From IMG/VR virus record IMGVR_UViG_3300045731_000049: a stretch of 64,000 bases of DNA; one strand, written 5' to 3'. Shown here in pieces: positions 1-9,576 of this stretch (the first letter of the stretch is position 1; each line of letters opens with the position of its first letter). The position numbers and the translations under genes were made by a program. This stretch comes from an uncultured virus (IMG/VR IMGVR_UViG_3300045731_000049). Taxonomy: Duplodnaviria; Heunggongvirae; Uroviricota; Caudoviricetes. The notes under the pieces are model-generated. The model was not told the origin of the DNA. It saw only the letters and a list, made by a program, of their open reading frames with translations, and ran no database searches.

Positions 1-171
1 GACCGAAAAATACTATTATTTGATGTGGTCTCGATTGCATTTCTTTTAACATTGGGAGTAATAACGGCCTATTGCTGTATCTTGGCTTCTTTGCCCTATC
101 CATATGAAATTGTTGAGACTATTGGCGCATAGTCAAGATGGCTAATCTGATGATTTATGTAACAAAAAGTC

Positions 172-200
172 TTGAAGTTGTTAGCGGGAATATCTACACT
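172..200 (+). promoter_or_regulatory. sigma70-type promoter TTGAAG-N17-TACACT
   Basis: -35 TTGAAG (172-177), 17-bp spacer, -10 TACACT (195-200), directly upstream of an ORF-free structured segment. Confidence 0.6.
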
Positions 201-204
201 TCGA

Positions 205-334
205 ATGGTGGCAGAGAACGAGGCTTCCGAAAGGTCGCTGCTGCATGTACACCTTTAATGGTCGGCACAACACGGTAAGGTACACTCGTTCGGCCGAGAG
301 GCCATGGAAAAGGCTCCTTATTGGAGTCTTTTTT
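205..334 (+). ncRNA. candidate ~125-nt structured non-coding RNA, family not recognised
   Basis: Upstream promoter; stems GAACGAG(216-222)/CTCGTTC(285-291), GGCC-GAGA-GGCC (292-303) and CC-GAAA-GG; ends in an intrinsic terminator; no ORF. Confidence 0.5.
308..334 (+). terminator. intrinsic terminator
   Basis: AAAAGGCTCC-TTATT-GGAGTCTTTT followed by a T run. Confidence 0.75.
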
Positions 335-546
335 GTTATTAAGGTGTCGTTATCTATTGCGCATGAGGCTATTTTTGAAAGCTGCTGCCATTAGTATCAA
401 TACAGTTTAAGTTATTAATCGTTATCTCGAATTTGGCGATATGCTCATTTGAAATATTAATAAAACAGTCGCGACTTCTATTTTAAATATGTACTAATTA
501 TTGACAAATAAAGCACATTTAATTATTCCGATGAGATAATCGCTAA

Positions 547-1248
547 ATGGAGTGCGAATTAAAAATGCCATTCAAATTAAACAGAGCCATGGGTTACGGA
601 ATGCCTTGGGAAAAATTCGAGGCGCTCTGCACTTTGCCAGTATGTGGCGATGATGACGATGAAATGTGGGACGTCCTGTTTAATACCTTTAATGGCTTCA
701 AGGAAGCTGACCTCACGATGAGTAAGGAAGAGCGGTCTGAGTTCAGTTCCGGCCCACATCGCCCATTCATCATCACGCGCAATCTGTTGCAGCTAGACAT
801 CAAGCTTGGTTCCGACGCGCCAGTCGAAATCGGCCTCGGTGGCGATCTTTTCACTTTTGTTGGTAATCCAGACAAGACCACCGATGTCGTATTTTTTCCA
901 AATCTCGTATGGGGCAAAAAATGGCATCGCACGGCTGACATCCTTGATCTCGTGTTCGACACCTATGGCGACGGCGACGGCGGCGGCGATGGTGAGCATC
1001 GGTATTATACCAACTACCGTCGCTTGGGTTTCTATCCTTATGGTCAGTACGTCATGGCCACGGACGGTACTCCTGTTGATGGACAGGACATCGTCAATTT
1101 CGCATTTGAGGATGTTCCACTTACGGATGAGCATGAGATCGTGGGAGCTGTACCTGGAGAAATCCGTTGGTACATGACAAAGCACCGTATCTTGACGAAT
1201 GAAGGCGTCAACGAACTTCGCCCTGTTCTGGCACAATGGTGGACTTAA
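547..1248 (+). CDS. hypothetical protein
   Basis: 233-aa ORF (start may be ATG 565) followed by a terminator. Confidence 0.75.
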   Translation: MECELKMPFKLNRAMGYGMPWEKFEALCTLPVCGDDDDEMWDVLFNTFNGFKEADLTMSKEERSEFSSGPHRPFIITRNLLQLDIKLGSDAPVEIGLGGDLFTFVGNPDKTTDVVFFPNLVWGKKWHRTADILDLVFDTYGDGDGGGDGEHRYYTNYRRLGFYPYGQYVMATDGTPVDGQDIVNFAFEDVPLTDEHEIVGAVPGEIRWYMTKHRILTNEGVNELRPVLAQWWT

Positions 1249-1269
1249 GACCGGAACGCCACCGCATAA

Positions 1270-1298
1270 AAAACCGCCTCATCAAATAAGGCGGTTTT
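1270..1298. terminator. bidirectional terminator between convergent genes
   Basis: AAAACCGCCT...AGGCGGTTTT. Confidence 0.65.
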
Positions 1299-1308
1299 GC
1301 TTTCGATT

Positions 1309-1884
1309 TCAGAATGTGTTTTTCGACCGTGTCGGACTGTCTTCCATTTTAGGTTTATAATTTTGAATTTGCTCACTCAGAAAATCATGGGTTCTGAATG
1401 TTTTGATTTCATCTGCAGTAATAAAAGAAGCAAAGCCTCCAAAATTACCGAATGCCTGCTTATGCTCGCTATATGATCCTTGGAGCTGAATATATGGCAG
1501 TTCATCTGGGTAAGAAATGCACAATTGCTGAAGCAAAGGCTCGATCAAGTTTTCAGCGTCATTCCTATCGAATTCTGCGAAACTATCGTCTCTGTGCTTG
1601 TCAGCGAATAATTTAAGCGGTGAAAGAGGATGATTTGCAGTTGAGTTGTCGAGCAAATTCAGAATACCTTTGATTTCCTCATCAGTGATAATGACGACGA
1701 GATCGTCCTCTAGATCTTCATCCATGTCGTCATCGTCAGCGAATGATTCTTCATCACTCAGTCCGAGGTACACCATCCCGCTATGAACTTCGGTGTCCAT
1801 TATCTTGCTTAGAATTCGACCTGCTACATGTGATTGGATGATCTCTTCAGGAATAGGTGGATCTATTAGTGTTGTGCTGCTCAT
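1309..1884 (-). CDS. acidic hypothetical protein
   Basis: 191-aa ORF, co-oriented with the upstream small gene. Confidence 0.7.
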   Translation of the reverse strand: MSSTTLIDPPIPEEIIQSHVAGRILSKIMDTEVHSGMVYLGLSDEESFADDDDMDEDLEDDLVVIITDEEIKGILNLLDNSTANHPLSPLKLFADKHRDDSFAEFDRNDAENLIEPLLQQLCISYPDELPYIQLQGSYSEHKQAFGNFGGFASFITADEIKTFRTHDFLSEQIQNYKPKMEDSPTRSKNTF

Positions 1885-1902
1885 ATTTGTTCATTTCCGT
1901 GT

Positions 1903-2175
1903 TTAAAATTGGAGAGACGGCATTTCTTTCTGAATATGAGACATCCATTCTTCACCGTCCCATTCAGCTACAAGTTCTTCGTCGCCGTGGTCGACGAAAT
2001 AAAGTTCCCGATCAATGCCGTCTGCTAGCTTTTCAATTGACTTGGAGAGCCGTGCAAGCCCCCGGTTCCGTTCTTCTTCGCTTTCGTAAGCAAATATCTC
2101 ATTACCGTATACTTCGCTACTCGTCTTAATCGCGAATTCAATATCTTCAAGATCGCTTTCTTTATAAGAGCTCAT
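1903..2175 (-). CDS. hypothetical protein
   Basis: 90-aa ORF with GGGAG RBS; ends EMPSLQF. Confidence 0.7.
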   Translation of the reverse strand: MSSYKESDLEDIEFAIKTSSEVYGNEIFAYESEEERNRGLARLSKSIEKLADGIDRELYFVDHGDEELVAEWDGEEWMSHIQKEMPSLQF

Positions 2176-2385
2176 GTTTTATCTCCCACCTTAATAATGA
2201 GAACATTATGCAAATACTCTGTAGAAAGCGACAAATTAAAAAAACTGCATTTCAAACGTGACGGCTTTCTACCTCAATTTCATCTAACAACTCTTCAGCC
2301 TGTTCGACAAACGGATCTTTGAAAGTCAAAATGATCATAAGACCTGCAATGCCGCCGAAAATTGAGATCCACCAAAGCACACTTA

Positions 2386-2817
2386 TCATTCTTCACCACG
2401 TTTATTTGTCGCCATATCAAGCTCCTGAAGAACGATGATGCATATTGATGTCGCCAATTCATAAAGCTGATGGGGCAATCTCTTGTTCGTATTCCAATCG
2501 TATTTTTCGGAAAGTCTTTCTATTGCTTTGGTGAAGATGTAAATCTCTTGTGAACCGTTATCATGGTGAAGGATCATCTCTCTTGCAAATGACAGAGCGT
2601 CGTCTACTGAAGTTGTGTAACGAAGCACTTTTTGGCCGTCGATGTGCTTGATGCCCTGATCCCACTTTGGAGCATCATGTAGTACATATACGCATCCAGC
2701 TCCATCCCACATTCGGAATTCTAGCGCACCGTTGTAGCGCTGACACCAGATCATACCATCGGCTTCACGTGATGGCCCTTTGGTTTCTAGAATTAATATT
2801 AGGTCAGCCAGTTTCAC
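2386..2817 (-). CDS. hypothetical protein
   Basis: 143-aa ORF, GTG start with AGGGG RBS. Confidence 0.65.
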   Translation of the reverse strand: MKLADLILILETKGPSREADGMIWCQRYNGALEFRMWDGAGCVYVLHDAPKWDQGIKHIDGQKVLRYTTSVDDALSFAREMILHHDNGSQEIYIFTKAIERLSEKYDWNTNKRLPHQLYELATSICIIVLQELDMATNKRGEE

Positions 2818-2861
2818 TAAAATTCCCCTTATAACGTTTGATAAAAATAGATGCCGTATAT

Positions 2862-3074
2862 TTAATGATGGTAATCAGCGTTTTGGAAAGCTATTTCGGC
2901 AAGATACTCCGGAGAACTCTTCAGGACGAGCGCGCTTTCCCTATATGACTTCGCCTTTTTACCCAAGTCCGACAATAGAATTTGAGCGTCTTTGTCGCCT
3001 CTAAATTGGGAGGCATATTCAATTATCTCCCTGGATTTCGCTTCAAGTATCTCGACTGCCCGATGAATGCTCAT
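2862..3074 (-). CDS. hypothetical protein
   Basis: 70-aa ORF with AGGA RBS. Confidence 0.6.
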   Translation of the reverse strand: MSIHRAVEILEAKSREIIEYASQFRGDKDAQILLSDLGKKAKSYRESALVLKSSPEYLAEIAFQNADYHH

Positions 3075-3226
3075 TTTTAATCGTCCTAAATGGATATTAT
3101 CGCTTCTTTATTTAAACAAAATAATTTATTTTCGCAAGAAATTGGGCCTGATAATTAATAAATTATGTTGACGAGGGCTTTAATTGATAATAATTATCCG
3201 TTTAAATCATAAATAGGAAGGCTTTT

Positions 3227-3541
3227 ATGTCAAAGAAAACCACAAAATCCGCTAGCGCTTCGCGTAATGGGGAAAAGCCCGCGACCAATAAAGATAAAGC
3301 AACCCCTGCTGTCTCTAAAAAACGCGAAGCTTTTGTTCGACTGGCTGAAGGACGAACTGCTGCCGCTATTCAGGGTATTCGTCTCATCGGGAATCTATCG
3401 AACACATCTATGTATGAATACACGGACGATGATGTGAAAAAGATGCTTCAATCGATCCGTGATGAACTGGCGTCGACAGAGGCTCGGTTTGAAGCCGAAA
3501 CTCATAAAAAGTCTCGATCACCAGTAAAGTTTGCGCTTTAG
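3227..3541 (+). CDS. small basic conserved hypothetical protein (KREAFVRLAE-RT...IGNLSN type)
   Basis: 104 aa; motif pattern I recall from small MGE-associated proteins; function unknown; TTGACG...GATAAT promoter-like sequence upstream. Confidence 0.75.
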   Translation: MSKKTTKSASASRNGEKPATNKDKATPAVSKKREAFVRLAEGRTAAAIQGIRLIGNLSNTSMYEYTDDDVKKMLQSIRDELASTEARFEAETHKKSRSPVKFAL

Positions 3542-3597
3542 TACTTAGTCCAGCATTGGATTTACTTCAGTGCTGACCCCGCAATTGGAGGCATTTT

Positions 3598-3996
3598 GTG
3601 AGTAATTATCGCAATAGACACAGGCGCAACAAGATCGAGAATGCTTTTTTCAAGGCTACGCGTGTCGAAAGTCTAACCACTTTCGAAAACAAATGTGCTT
3701 ATTGCTTTGATCGTCTCACGGTTCGATCTGTAACTGCAGACCATTATAAAGCTCGCAGTAAGGGCGGTTTGGATCACGCTGAAAATATTGTACCCGCTTG
3801 CAAGGCTTGTAATCTCTTAAAAGGCAACATGACTGCGGGTGAGTTCAAAAAGAGAATTAAAAATGCGACCTACAGCACAGATGGCCTCAAATGGCTTATG
3901 GCTAAAGTTCGCAGGAACATAAACATCCGTTTGGATCACATGGAAGAACGAGTGATGAGGGCTACAAGAGGCAAGAAAGCATCTGATAATGACTAA
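3598..3996 (+). CDS. HNH endonuclease
   Basis: CAYC...TADHYKARSKGG...NIVPACKACNLLKG zinc-binding HNH motif. Confidence 0.9.
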   Translation: MSNYRNRHRRNKIENAFFKATRVESLTTFENKCAYCFDRLTVRSVTADHYKARSKGGLDHAENIVPACKACNLLKGNMTAGEFKKRIKNATYSTDGLKWLMAKVRRNINIRLDHMEERVMRATRGKKASDND

Positions 3997-4174
3997 AAAT
4001 AAACAAAAAAATATTCCACGTTGGCAACAGGGCTTTCGACCAGGTGCTTATGGTGACGTTTGGGATGCAATGACACCTTCTGAACGTCGGTTCGCCTTTG
4101 CCACGGATATTGCAATTGCATTATTTGGGGCTGCCATTATTTTTTCTGTTGGCGCATATTTTGGAGGCGCTTGA
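3989..4174 (+). CDS. small membrane protein
   Basis: 61 aa with a C-terminal hydrophobic helix; overlaps neighbours in operon fashion. Confidence 0.6.
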   Translation: MTKNKQKNIPRWQQGFRPGAYGDVWDAMTPSERRFAFATDIAIALFGAAIIFSVGAYFGGA

Positions 4175-4749
4175 CGATGCGTGATTTGGATACGATCAAG
4201 AGAAGCGTTATCTTAGCACCTGACGGCGGATTGCTTACGAATGCCATGGTAAAGGGTGCGTATATTGACGAAGGCGATATTCTGCCTGCTGATGTGGCGT
4301 TTCACATTTCAACAGGAACCTATGTCGATGATCTAAGAGCAGATTATTATTTTCCTGCGAACGATGCTGCTCAGATGCCTGCTTTTAGGCTTTCGACAGG
4401 CCGCTACATCGCTGATCCGCAGGCTTATTATTCATCGGGCCGCGTTGTTTTGATCGATGACCGGATGTTGGTGATCGTAAACGCAGAAGGTACCATTGAG
4501 GTCAAACTTGAAATTGAGACGCCAATCTATAATCTCGTATCACTGGGTGGTTATGACTACGCTTTGATCAGTGAATTTAAGGTTTCCAAGCTTTCTCCTG
4601 ATTTCCACTCTTTCGCATGGGAGGCCGATTTACCAGACGTCATTGAGGACTATCGTGTCCGTTCTGGCGTAATTTTCCTATCGCTTTTTGGACAAATTGA
4701 ATACGAGATCGACGTCGAAAGTGGTAAATCGCAAGAAGTCATCGAGTAA
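4171..4749 (+). CDS. hypothetical protein
   Basis: 192-aa ORF coupled to the upstream gene, followed by a terminator. Confidence 0.7.
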   Translation: MTMRDLDTIKRSVILAPDGGLLTNAMVKGAYIDEGDILPADVAFHISTGTYVDDLRADYYFPANDAAQMPAFRLSTGRYIADPQAYYSSGRVVLIDDRMLVIVNAEGTIEVKLEIETPIYNLVSLGGYDYALISEFKVSKLSPDFHSFAWEADLPDVIEDYRVRSGVIFLSLFGQIEYEIDVESGKSQEVIE

Positions 4750-4754
4750 CGTTA

Positions 4755-4780
4755 AGGGGCCATCTGGCCCCTATTTTTTT
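4755..4780 (+). terminator. intrinsic terminator
   Basis: AGGGGCCA-TC-TGGCCCCT plus T run. Confidence 0.7.
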
Positions 4781-4791
4781 GACTTTTGAGA

Positions 4792-6066
4792 TCAAAGTCC
4801 AAACTTTGGGTTTTCATATTCGTCGTCCGGATTTGGTCCAATTAGTTCAAGCATGTAATCGAATTTTTTGGAGATTTCAACGTCATCACGATCTCTCATG
4901 TTTTTGAAGTTTTCCAGTGCATAATGGATGTCGCCGCCGATTGAATAGCCGCCGCGCGCTTCTACAAATGTATTTGAAAGATTAAGCGCTTCGTCATTAT
5001 TCGTTTTATTAAAATTATATTCAGCTAGCGGGATGTCGAATTCGCGTTCGCCATCGATCCATCGATTGATTAAATCAAGAGCAGTTCTTCCTGGTTGTAG
5101 ATGATACGCAGTCATCTTCGTAGGCAGGCCATTGGTTCCATTTTCAACAGAGATAAATGACACGTTTCCGTCAGAGTACATCACGAGTGCGTCTTCTCCA
5201 GTAGCCGCGCAGGACGCCACAGTGGCGTAACTATCGTGATCGTTATAGACGAAGTAGCTTTCTCCATAAACAACCTTTTTAGACTTCAACTTTTTGACCA
5301 GATTGCCGAAATCATCCCTAGCGCCCTGAAAACAATTGGCATACGCGACGTCCATCATTGCTTTTCCTGCAATTCTGCAAAGATTGCCAGGAAGGCCGCC
5401 ATCTAGATCAATGATTGACTGATAGTTAGTCATTTCTAGCTGGTGACGGCTTATAGGTAAACTCAGATAAGGCTCACCCAAATCAACGCTCTTGAGTTTT
5501 TCCTTTAAGGGTTCCCGCAAGTGATCCATCACATTTACAAATTTTCGAAAATCTGGAAGCCAAGCCGTCGCATGCGCTCCTGGCCCGAACTCTGTGCCTG
5601 GACGATCTATTGACGAAACAACAAGTCTGTTCGCGTAAGGGTAGGTAGGGTTGCCTACGGGAGTCTCTGCAATCGTGAAGTCCACTCTGATATTGTCATT
5701 CTTTTGTTCGAAATTCCATGACATCTGGCATACAGGTTCGCCGTCAGCAGAAACCAGCAATGAAGAAATTTTCGATGTGAAATCTTCGTTTCGATTACAT
5801 GCGAGGTGCGTGAATGTAAGGCCATGAACATTCACTTCAGAAAGCCCAATCTCGGCAGCATTCTGAATTTCCGCTGCTAGAATTTGATCGAGTTTCATTG
5901 TGGCGTCGCCAACTACTTTTTCTAGAAATGGTCGACTGCCACTGAGATATTGATCAATTGAATTATTAGTGTTGGGAAAACGATCACGATTTCTCTGGCT
6001 AATATTAAAAACCTCTAGTGATTTTTGTATTGCTTCTAATTCAATGTCTCTAATATCAGTTTTCAT
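4792..6066 (-). CDS. hypothetical protein
   Basis: 424-aa ORF with GAGG RBS; ends DDEYENPKFGL. Confidence 0.8.
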   Translation of the reverse strand: MKTDIRDIELEAIQKSLEVFNISQRNRDRFPNTNNSIDQYLSGSRPFLEKVVGDATMKLDQILAAEIQNAAEIGLSEVNVHGLTFTHLACNRNEDFTSKISSLLVSADGEPVCQMSWNFEQKNDNIRVDFTIAETPVGNPTYPYANRLVVSSIDRPGTEFGPGAHATAWLPDFRKFVNVMDHLREPLKEKLKSVDLGEPYLSLPISRHQLEMTNYQSIIDLDGGLPGNLCRIAGKAMMDVAYANCFQGARDDFGNLVKKLKSKKVVYGESYFVYNDHDSYATVASCAATGEDALVMYSDGNVSFISVENGTNGLPTKMTAYHLQPGRTALDLINRWIDGEREFDIPLAEYNFNKTNNDEALNLSNTFVEARGGYSIGGDIHYALENFKNMRDRDDVEISKKFDYMLELIGPNPDDEYENPKFGL

Positions 6067-6243
6067 TGTTTTGCCCTCAATTTTATTGCCTCATGATACC
6101 CATCAAACAGTGCAATCAACAATTAAAACTATGCGTGGAACCATTATTGTCGTCATCTCATCGAGAAGCGAAAGAAGATTTTTGTCTTTGACTTCGGGAC
6201 AATACTTTTGCTATTTCCAATACAAGGAAGTATGGGGTGGCTT

Positions 6244-6780
6244 ATGGTACGGCAGAAGAGCGGAACTGAAATTCTTTATGACATTGTAATGAATCACTTC
6301 GGGGGCCATCTTTTTCACAGGACTGACCATGCTCATTTGTCGACTATTGATGAATTGGGGTTGCTTTCAACCAAACAAGCATCCTTTCGCAACATTATTC
6401 CGCCTTTCCCAGGTGGAAATGCCTTAACAAGATCATTGGATTTTTCTAAAGGCCTTGATGACATGGTATTTTTGAGTTTCTTCAATAAAGGCCTGATGCC
6501 CAATCATGATGATGCAAAACGCCGCAGACCTATAACTTTGGCGATTGATCCAAGAGTACTGTATCTACAAGGTGTTCAAGTCGCACTGGGAAGGGCAAGT
6601 CTTAGACGCACAAAGATCTATCGTCCTGGTGGTGCACTCTATAAGATGGACTGGGATATCATCGAAGGTCTGGTTGATGAAAATAGTATTGGCTATCCAG
6701 CTCGTTTCAATACTGTTTGTGACTACGAGATTCTAATTCCCGCTCACGTGCCAAGGGAATTCATCCTTGGCACTGTCTAA
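6244..6780 (+). CDS. DarT-like (DUF4433) ssDNA ADP-ribosyltransferase
   Basis: LFHRTDHAHLSTIDELGLLS N-terminal motif, VFLSF, and C-terminal YEILIPAHVPREFI with a candidate catalytic Glu; start inferred at ATG 6244. Confidence 0.65.
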   Translation: MVRQKSGTEILYDIVMNHFGGHLFHRTDHAHLSTIDELGLLSTKQASFRNIIPPFPGGNALTRSLDFSKGLDDMVFLSFFNKGLMPNHDDAKRRRPITLAIDPRVLYLQGVQVALGRASLRRTKIYRPGGALYKMDWDIIEGLVDENSIGYPARFNTVCDYEILIPAHVPREFILGTV

Positions 6781-6813
6781 GTCCGGTCTAACATTTGCGG
6801 CGTCATTATTCGT

Positions 6814-7152
6814 TTAGTCACCACCATCTTTTTCAGAGCCTGATCCTAGGACAGCATCGATTGGGGCTTGATCCGTAAACGGCTTATGATCTTTCCAGCT
6901 GTGGATAGTCCATCCTTTCTCAGTGCGTTCTGCCTTCTGGTGAAGAAACAGACGCGTATCCGTGAGAATAGGTTCAACAATTGCCTCCAATTCATGTTTA
7001 TGAAGCGGATTGCTCGGTGAAATGGCGTCTAGGCCTAGATTATGGGAAATCCACTCCAAAATCTGTTGTTTGGTTGCTTCACACGGAAGGGCAGCCTCAA
7101 AATTAACGCCAATAATCGATGACCTAGGAAAAATTTTGTTTTCGTTATTCAT
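6814..7152 (-). CDS. hypothetical protein
   Basis: 112-aa ORF overlapping the upstream gene's stop. Confidence 0.65.
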   Translation of the reverse strand: MNNENKIFPRSSIIGVNFEAALPCEATKQQILEWISHNLGLDAISPSNPLHKHELEAIVEPILTDTRLFLHQKAERTEKGWTIHSWKDHKPFTDQAPIDAVLGSGSEKDGGD

Positions 7153-7516
7153 CAGACAGTGTTCCTTGATTATCGTTCAGTCGATTGAAAATCATATTAA
7201 TCTCAAGCATCATAGCTCTTTGATGTGCTTGGTAGCTTTTCAGGGCCGCTTGGCCTGCTGAGATAATGCTTTGTGCTTCATCTTCGCTATCGCAAATTGC
7301 ACCAATTGACTTCAAGCTGATGAAGTTTTTCGCAGTGAGAGCACCCATCCCTTGAACTGCGATAGGTTCGATATAAACACGATCTCCCGCAACGCGTGAT
7401 ACTCTACCGGGGTGTCTGAAGCTCCTAAAATTCATGACACCCTTAGCAAGAACCACCTTACCTTCAAGGTCTTCCAACGTCGGGAACAACGAACTTTGAT
7501 CAAAATAACGGATCAC
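7145..7516 (-). CDS. hypothetical protein
   Basis: 123-aa ORF, GTG start with AAGGAG RBS. Confidence 0.65.
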   Translation of the reverse strand: MIRYFDQSSLFPTLEDLEGKVVLAKGVMNFRSFRHPGRVSRVAGDRVYIEPIAVQGMGALTAKNFISLKSIGAICDSEDEAQSIISAGQAALKSYQAHQRAMMLEINMIFNRLNDNQGTLSDE

Positions 7517-7863
7517 TATAATCTCCTTAAGAAGTAATCAGATAGACGAATACGCATCATTCACAAAGCCCATCATTACCCCATCAATGTGAGGATTAGC
7601 CGACGCTCTTAAGTGCGATTTCAATCATTTTGCGAAGCTCTGCCTTATCTTCGTTTGATTGCTCCATAATTTCGTTTACTACTTTTTCCATTATGACATC
7701 CTTTATATGGCTCATACTTTATTGACACATGATTTCTACGTCGCATTAAGCGTGACAAGCTTTATATCTAATAATTAATTATATGCAACGATTAAATTTA
7801 TAAACAAAAAACTGATTGCACTCTATAATTGTTTAATATAATTCTGATTAAAAGGAGTTTTAT

Positions 7864-8250
7864 ATGGTTGATTTTTTGAGCGAAATTAATGAAACAACAG
7901 CAACCGCGCGAGCTGTTATAAAGAAAAATGAAGATGCTGCTCTTGATTTGGAACGAACGATAATGAGTAAAAAAACAGAGGATCAGCTTTCCAAATTTAA
8001 TATAGAAAATATCAAAGACACTATCCGAGCAGCAGCAGCTAAGGGTGAAAATAGAATTTATCTTAATATATATAGCTTTGAAGATCACAGGCCGCAGTGG
8101 AGCGAGCAGGTTGAAGATAAGCTGAAACATATTGCTTCAGAACTCGGCCTCGAAATTGTTATTACTGACGACGTACTCCCATCTTCTGGGTCTGATCCAC
8201 TGTTTCCCAATACTGTTTATTCGAGCCAGGCTTATTTGAAATGGCTGTAG
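7864..8250 (+). CDS. hypothetical protein
   Basis: 128 aa, AAGGAG RBS. Confidence 0.75.
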   Translation: MVDFLSEINETTATARAVIKKNEDAALDLERTIMSKKTEDQLSKFNIENIKDTIRAAAAKGENRIYLNIYSFEDHRPQWSEQVEDKLKHIASELGLEIVITDDVLPSSGSDPLFPNTVYSSQAYLKWL

Positions 8251-8609
8251 TACCGATATGTGACACTTATAGTTCGTGCTGCAAAGTTGAATTCTAATTC
8301 AGCGAACGATTGATGACGGACGAGCCGTATTGACGCACTACTCGTCCAGAGAATTGCGTCCTATTTGCATCATGAAAGAAAACCAACATTTTTTCGCTGC
8401 TATTTCTCGCTTCACGGTTTCACGATGCTGTTTTACAGTCAATTCAGTTTCCAATCAAACCTTCCTTTGTCTGGCAATAAGATTTTGATAAATTGCCTCT
8501 CGCACTTCTAAAAAACAACGTTTTCTTCATTTGTTTTTCGTTTAAATCTTTTATGGTGACAACTTATCGCTAATATGCTTTAACCGCCAGACAAATAAGG
8601 ATTCTGAAA

Positions 8610-9107
8610 ATGGATGAAGCACGCCGACAGGCTTATTTTGAAAAAGCACGTGGTTTGGTAGAGCAACATGGTTGGGTATGTCAGTCGGTGTTTCCTTCCG
8701 AAGATGAATGTGGATTTACCTACACGATTGGCCTCTCCAAAAAATTTCATCACCCTGAAGTTTTTGTTGTAGGTGTTGGATCCCACGAGTTGCAACAAGA
8801 TGTCCTGAATTCAATCGGTTCCCAAATCCGTGATGGGCATCGTTTCACGTCACCTGCTATTTTCAAATTGCCAAACTTTGATGTCGATTTCGCATCCGGC
8901 CCCGTAATTCCTCAGCATCTGGTGCGTAATTATTCAGGCATCGGAGCTACCCTGCTGCGTGGTTCTTTTGAGGCAATCCAACTTTATCTTCCTGATCCAG
9001 AGGGATTTTTTCCGTGGGATGCGAATGTAAAACCAATCTATCGCGAGTTACAGATGCAATTTTTTGATCTTCCTTCTGCAGACTCCTATACTAAAATTTT
9101 GCATTGA
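8610..9107 (+). CDS. DUF4262-like protein
   Basis: HGW..QSV...FTYTIGL....HPEV and QL..PD..G.FPWD motifs typical of DUF4262. Confidence 0.75.
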   Translation: MDEARRQAYFEKARGLVEQHGWVCQSVFPSEDECGFTYTIGLSKKFHHPEVFVVGVGSHELQQDVLNSIGSQIRDGHRFTSPAIFKLPNFDVDFASGPVIPQHLVRNYSGIGATLLRGSFEAIQLYLPDPEGFFPWDANVKPIYRELQMQFFDLPSADSYTKILH

Positions 9108-9576
9108 TGGGCGATCTTGCTTCATGGATATCTGACAGCTCTTTAGCATGTGCAAGACGATGTAGCCATTTGTCGTAGTAGCTGCGATCAAAAGAACCCT
9201 TCTCGTCGTCAATGTGTGCTAGGAATACCTCCTCTGCCATTTTGACGAGAGAGCCTCCTGTTCTTGCCGGATTTTTCCAACAGTAATTTTCGATTAGGTG
9301 GCTGAGTTCAACCTCACCTTCGATGTCGAATAGTCTGTTAGCAACGGTTGCAACGGCATGCTTCCAGACGAACTGCCCATCTTTTGCAATCATAGGCTCG
9401 CCGTTCTCGTCATTGAGAACGATCAGACCAAATTCGACTTCAGGAAATGACTTTTTGAGCGCCAGCGCGAAGGTGCCACAGAAGCAATTCGTGCCCGCAT
9501 CGATGTCGTATTCGTCGAAATCAGCGGCTACAATGGTGTCCGCGATATCAGAGGCCAATTTTTGTACCGTTAGCAT
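9091..9576 (-). CDS. hypothetical protein, possible papain/transglutaminase-like Cys-His-Asp enzyme
   Basis: FCGTFALAL ... WKHAV ... LFDIEG spacing. Confidence 0.6.
   Translation of the reverse strand: MLTVQKLASDIADTIVAADFDEYDIDAGTNCFCGTFALALKKSFPEVEFGLIVLNDENGEPMIAKDGQFVWKHAVATVANRLFDIEGEVELSHLIENYCWKNPARTGGSLVKMAEEVFLAHIDDEKGSFDRSYYDKWLHRLAHAKELSDIHEARSPINAKF

Noticed and set aside
968..992. GGCGAC/GGC short tandem repeats in the first CDS
   Set aside because: In-frame Gly/Asp low-complexity coding; no sign of phase variation
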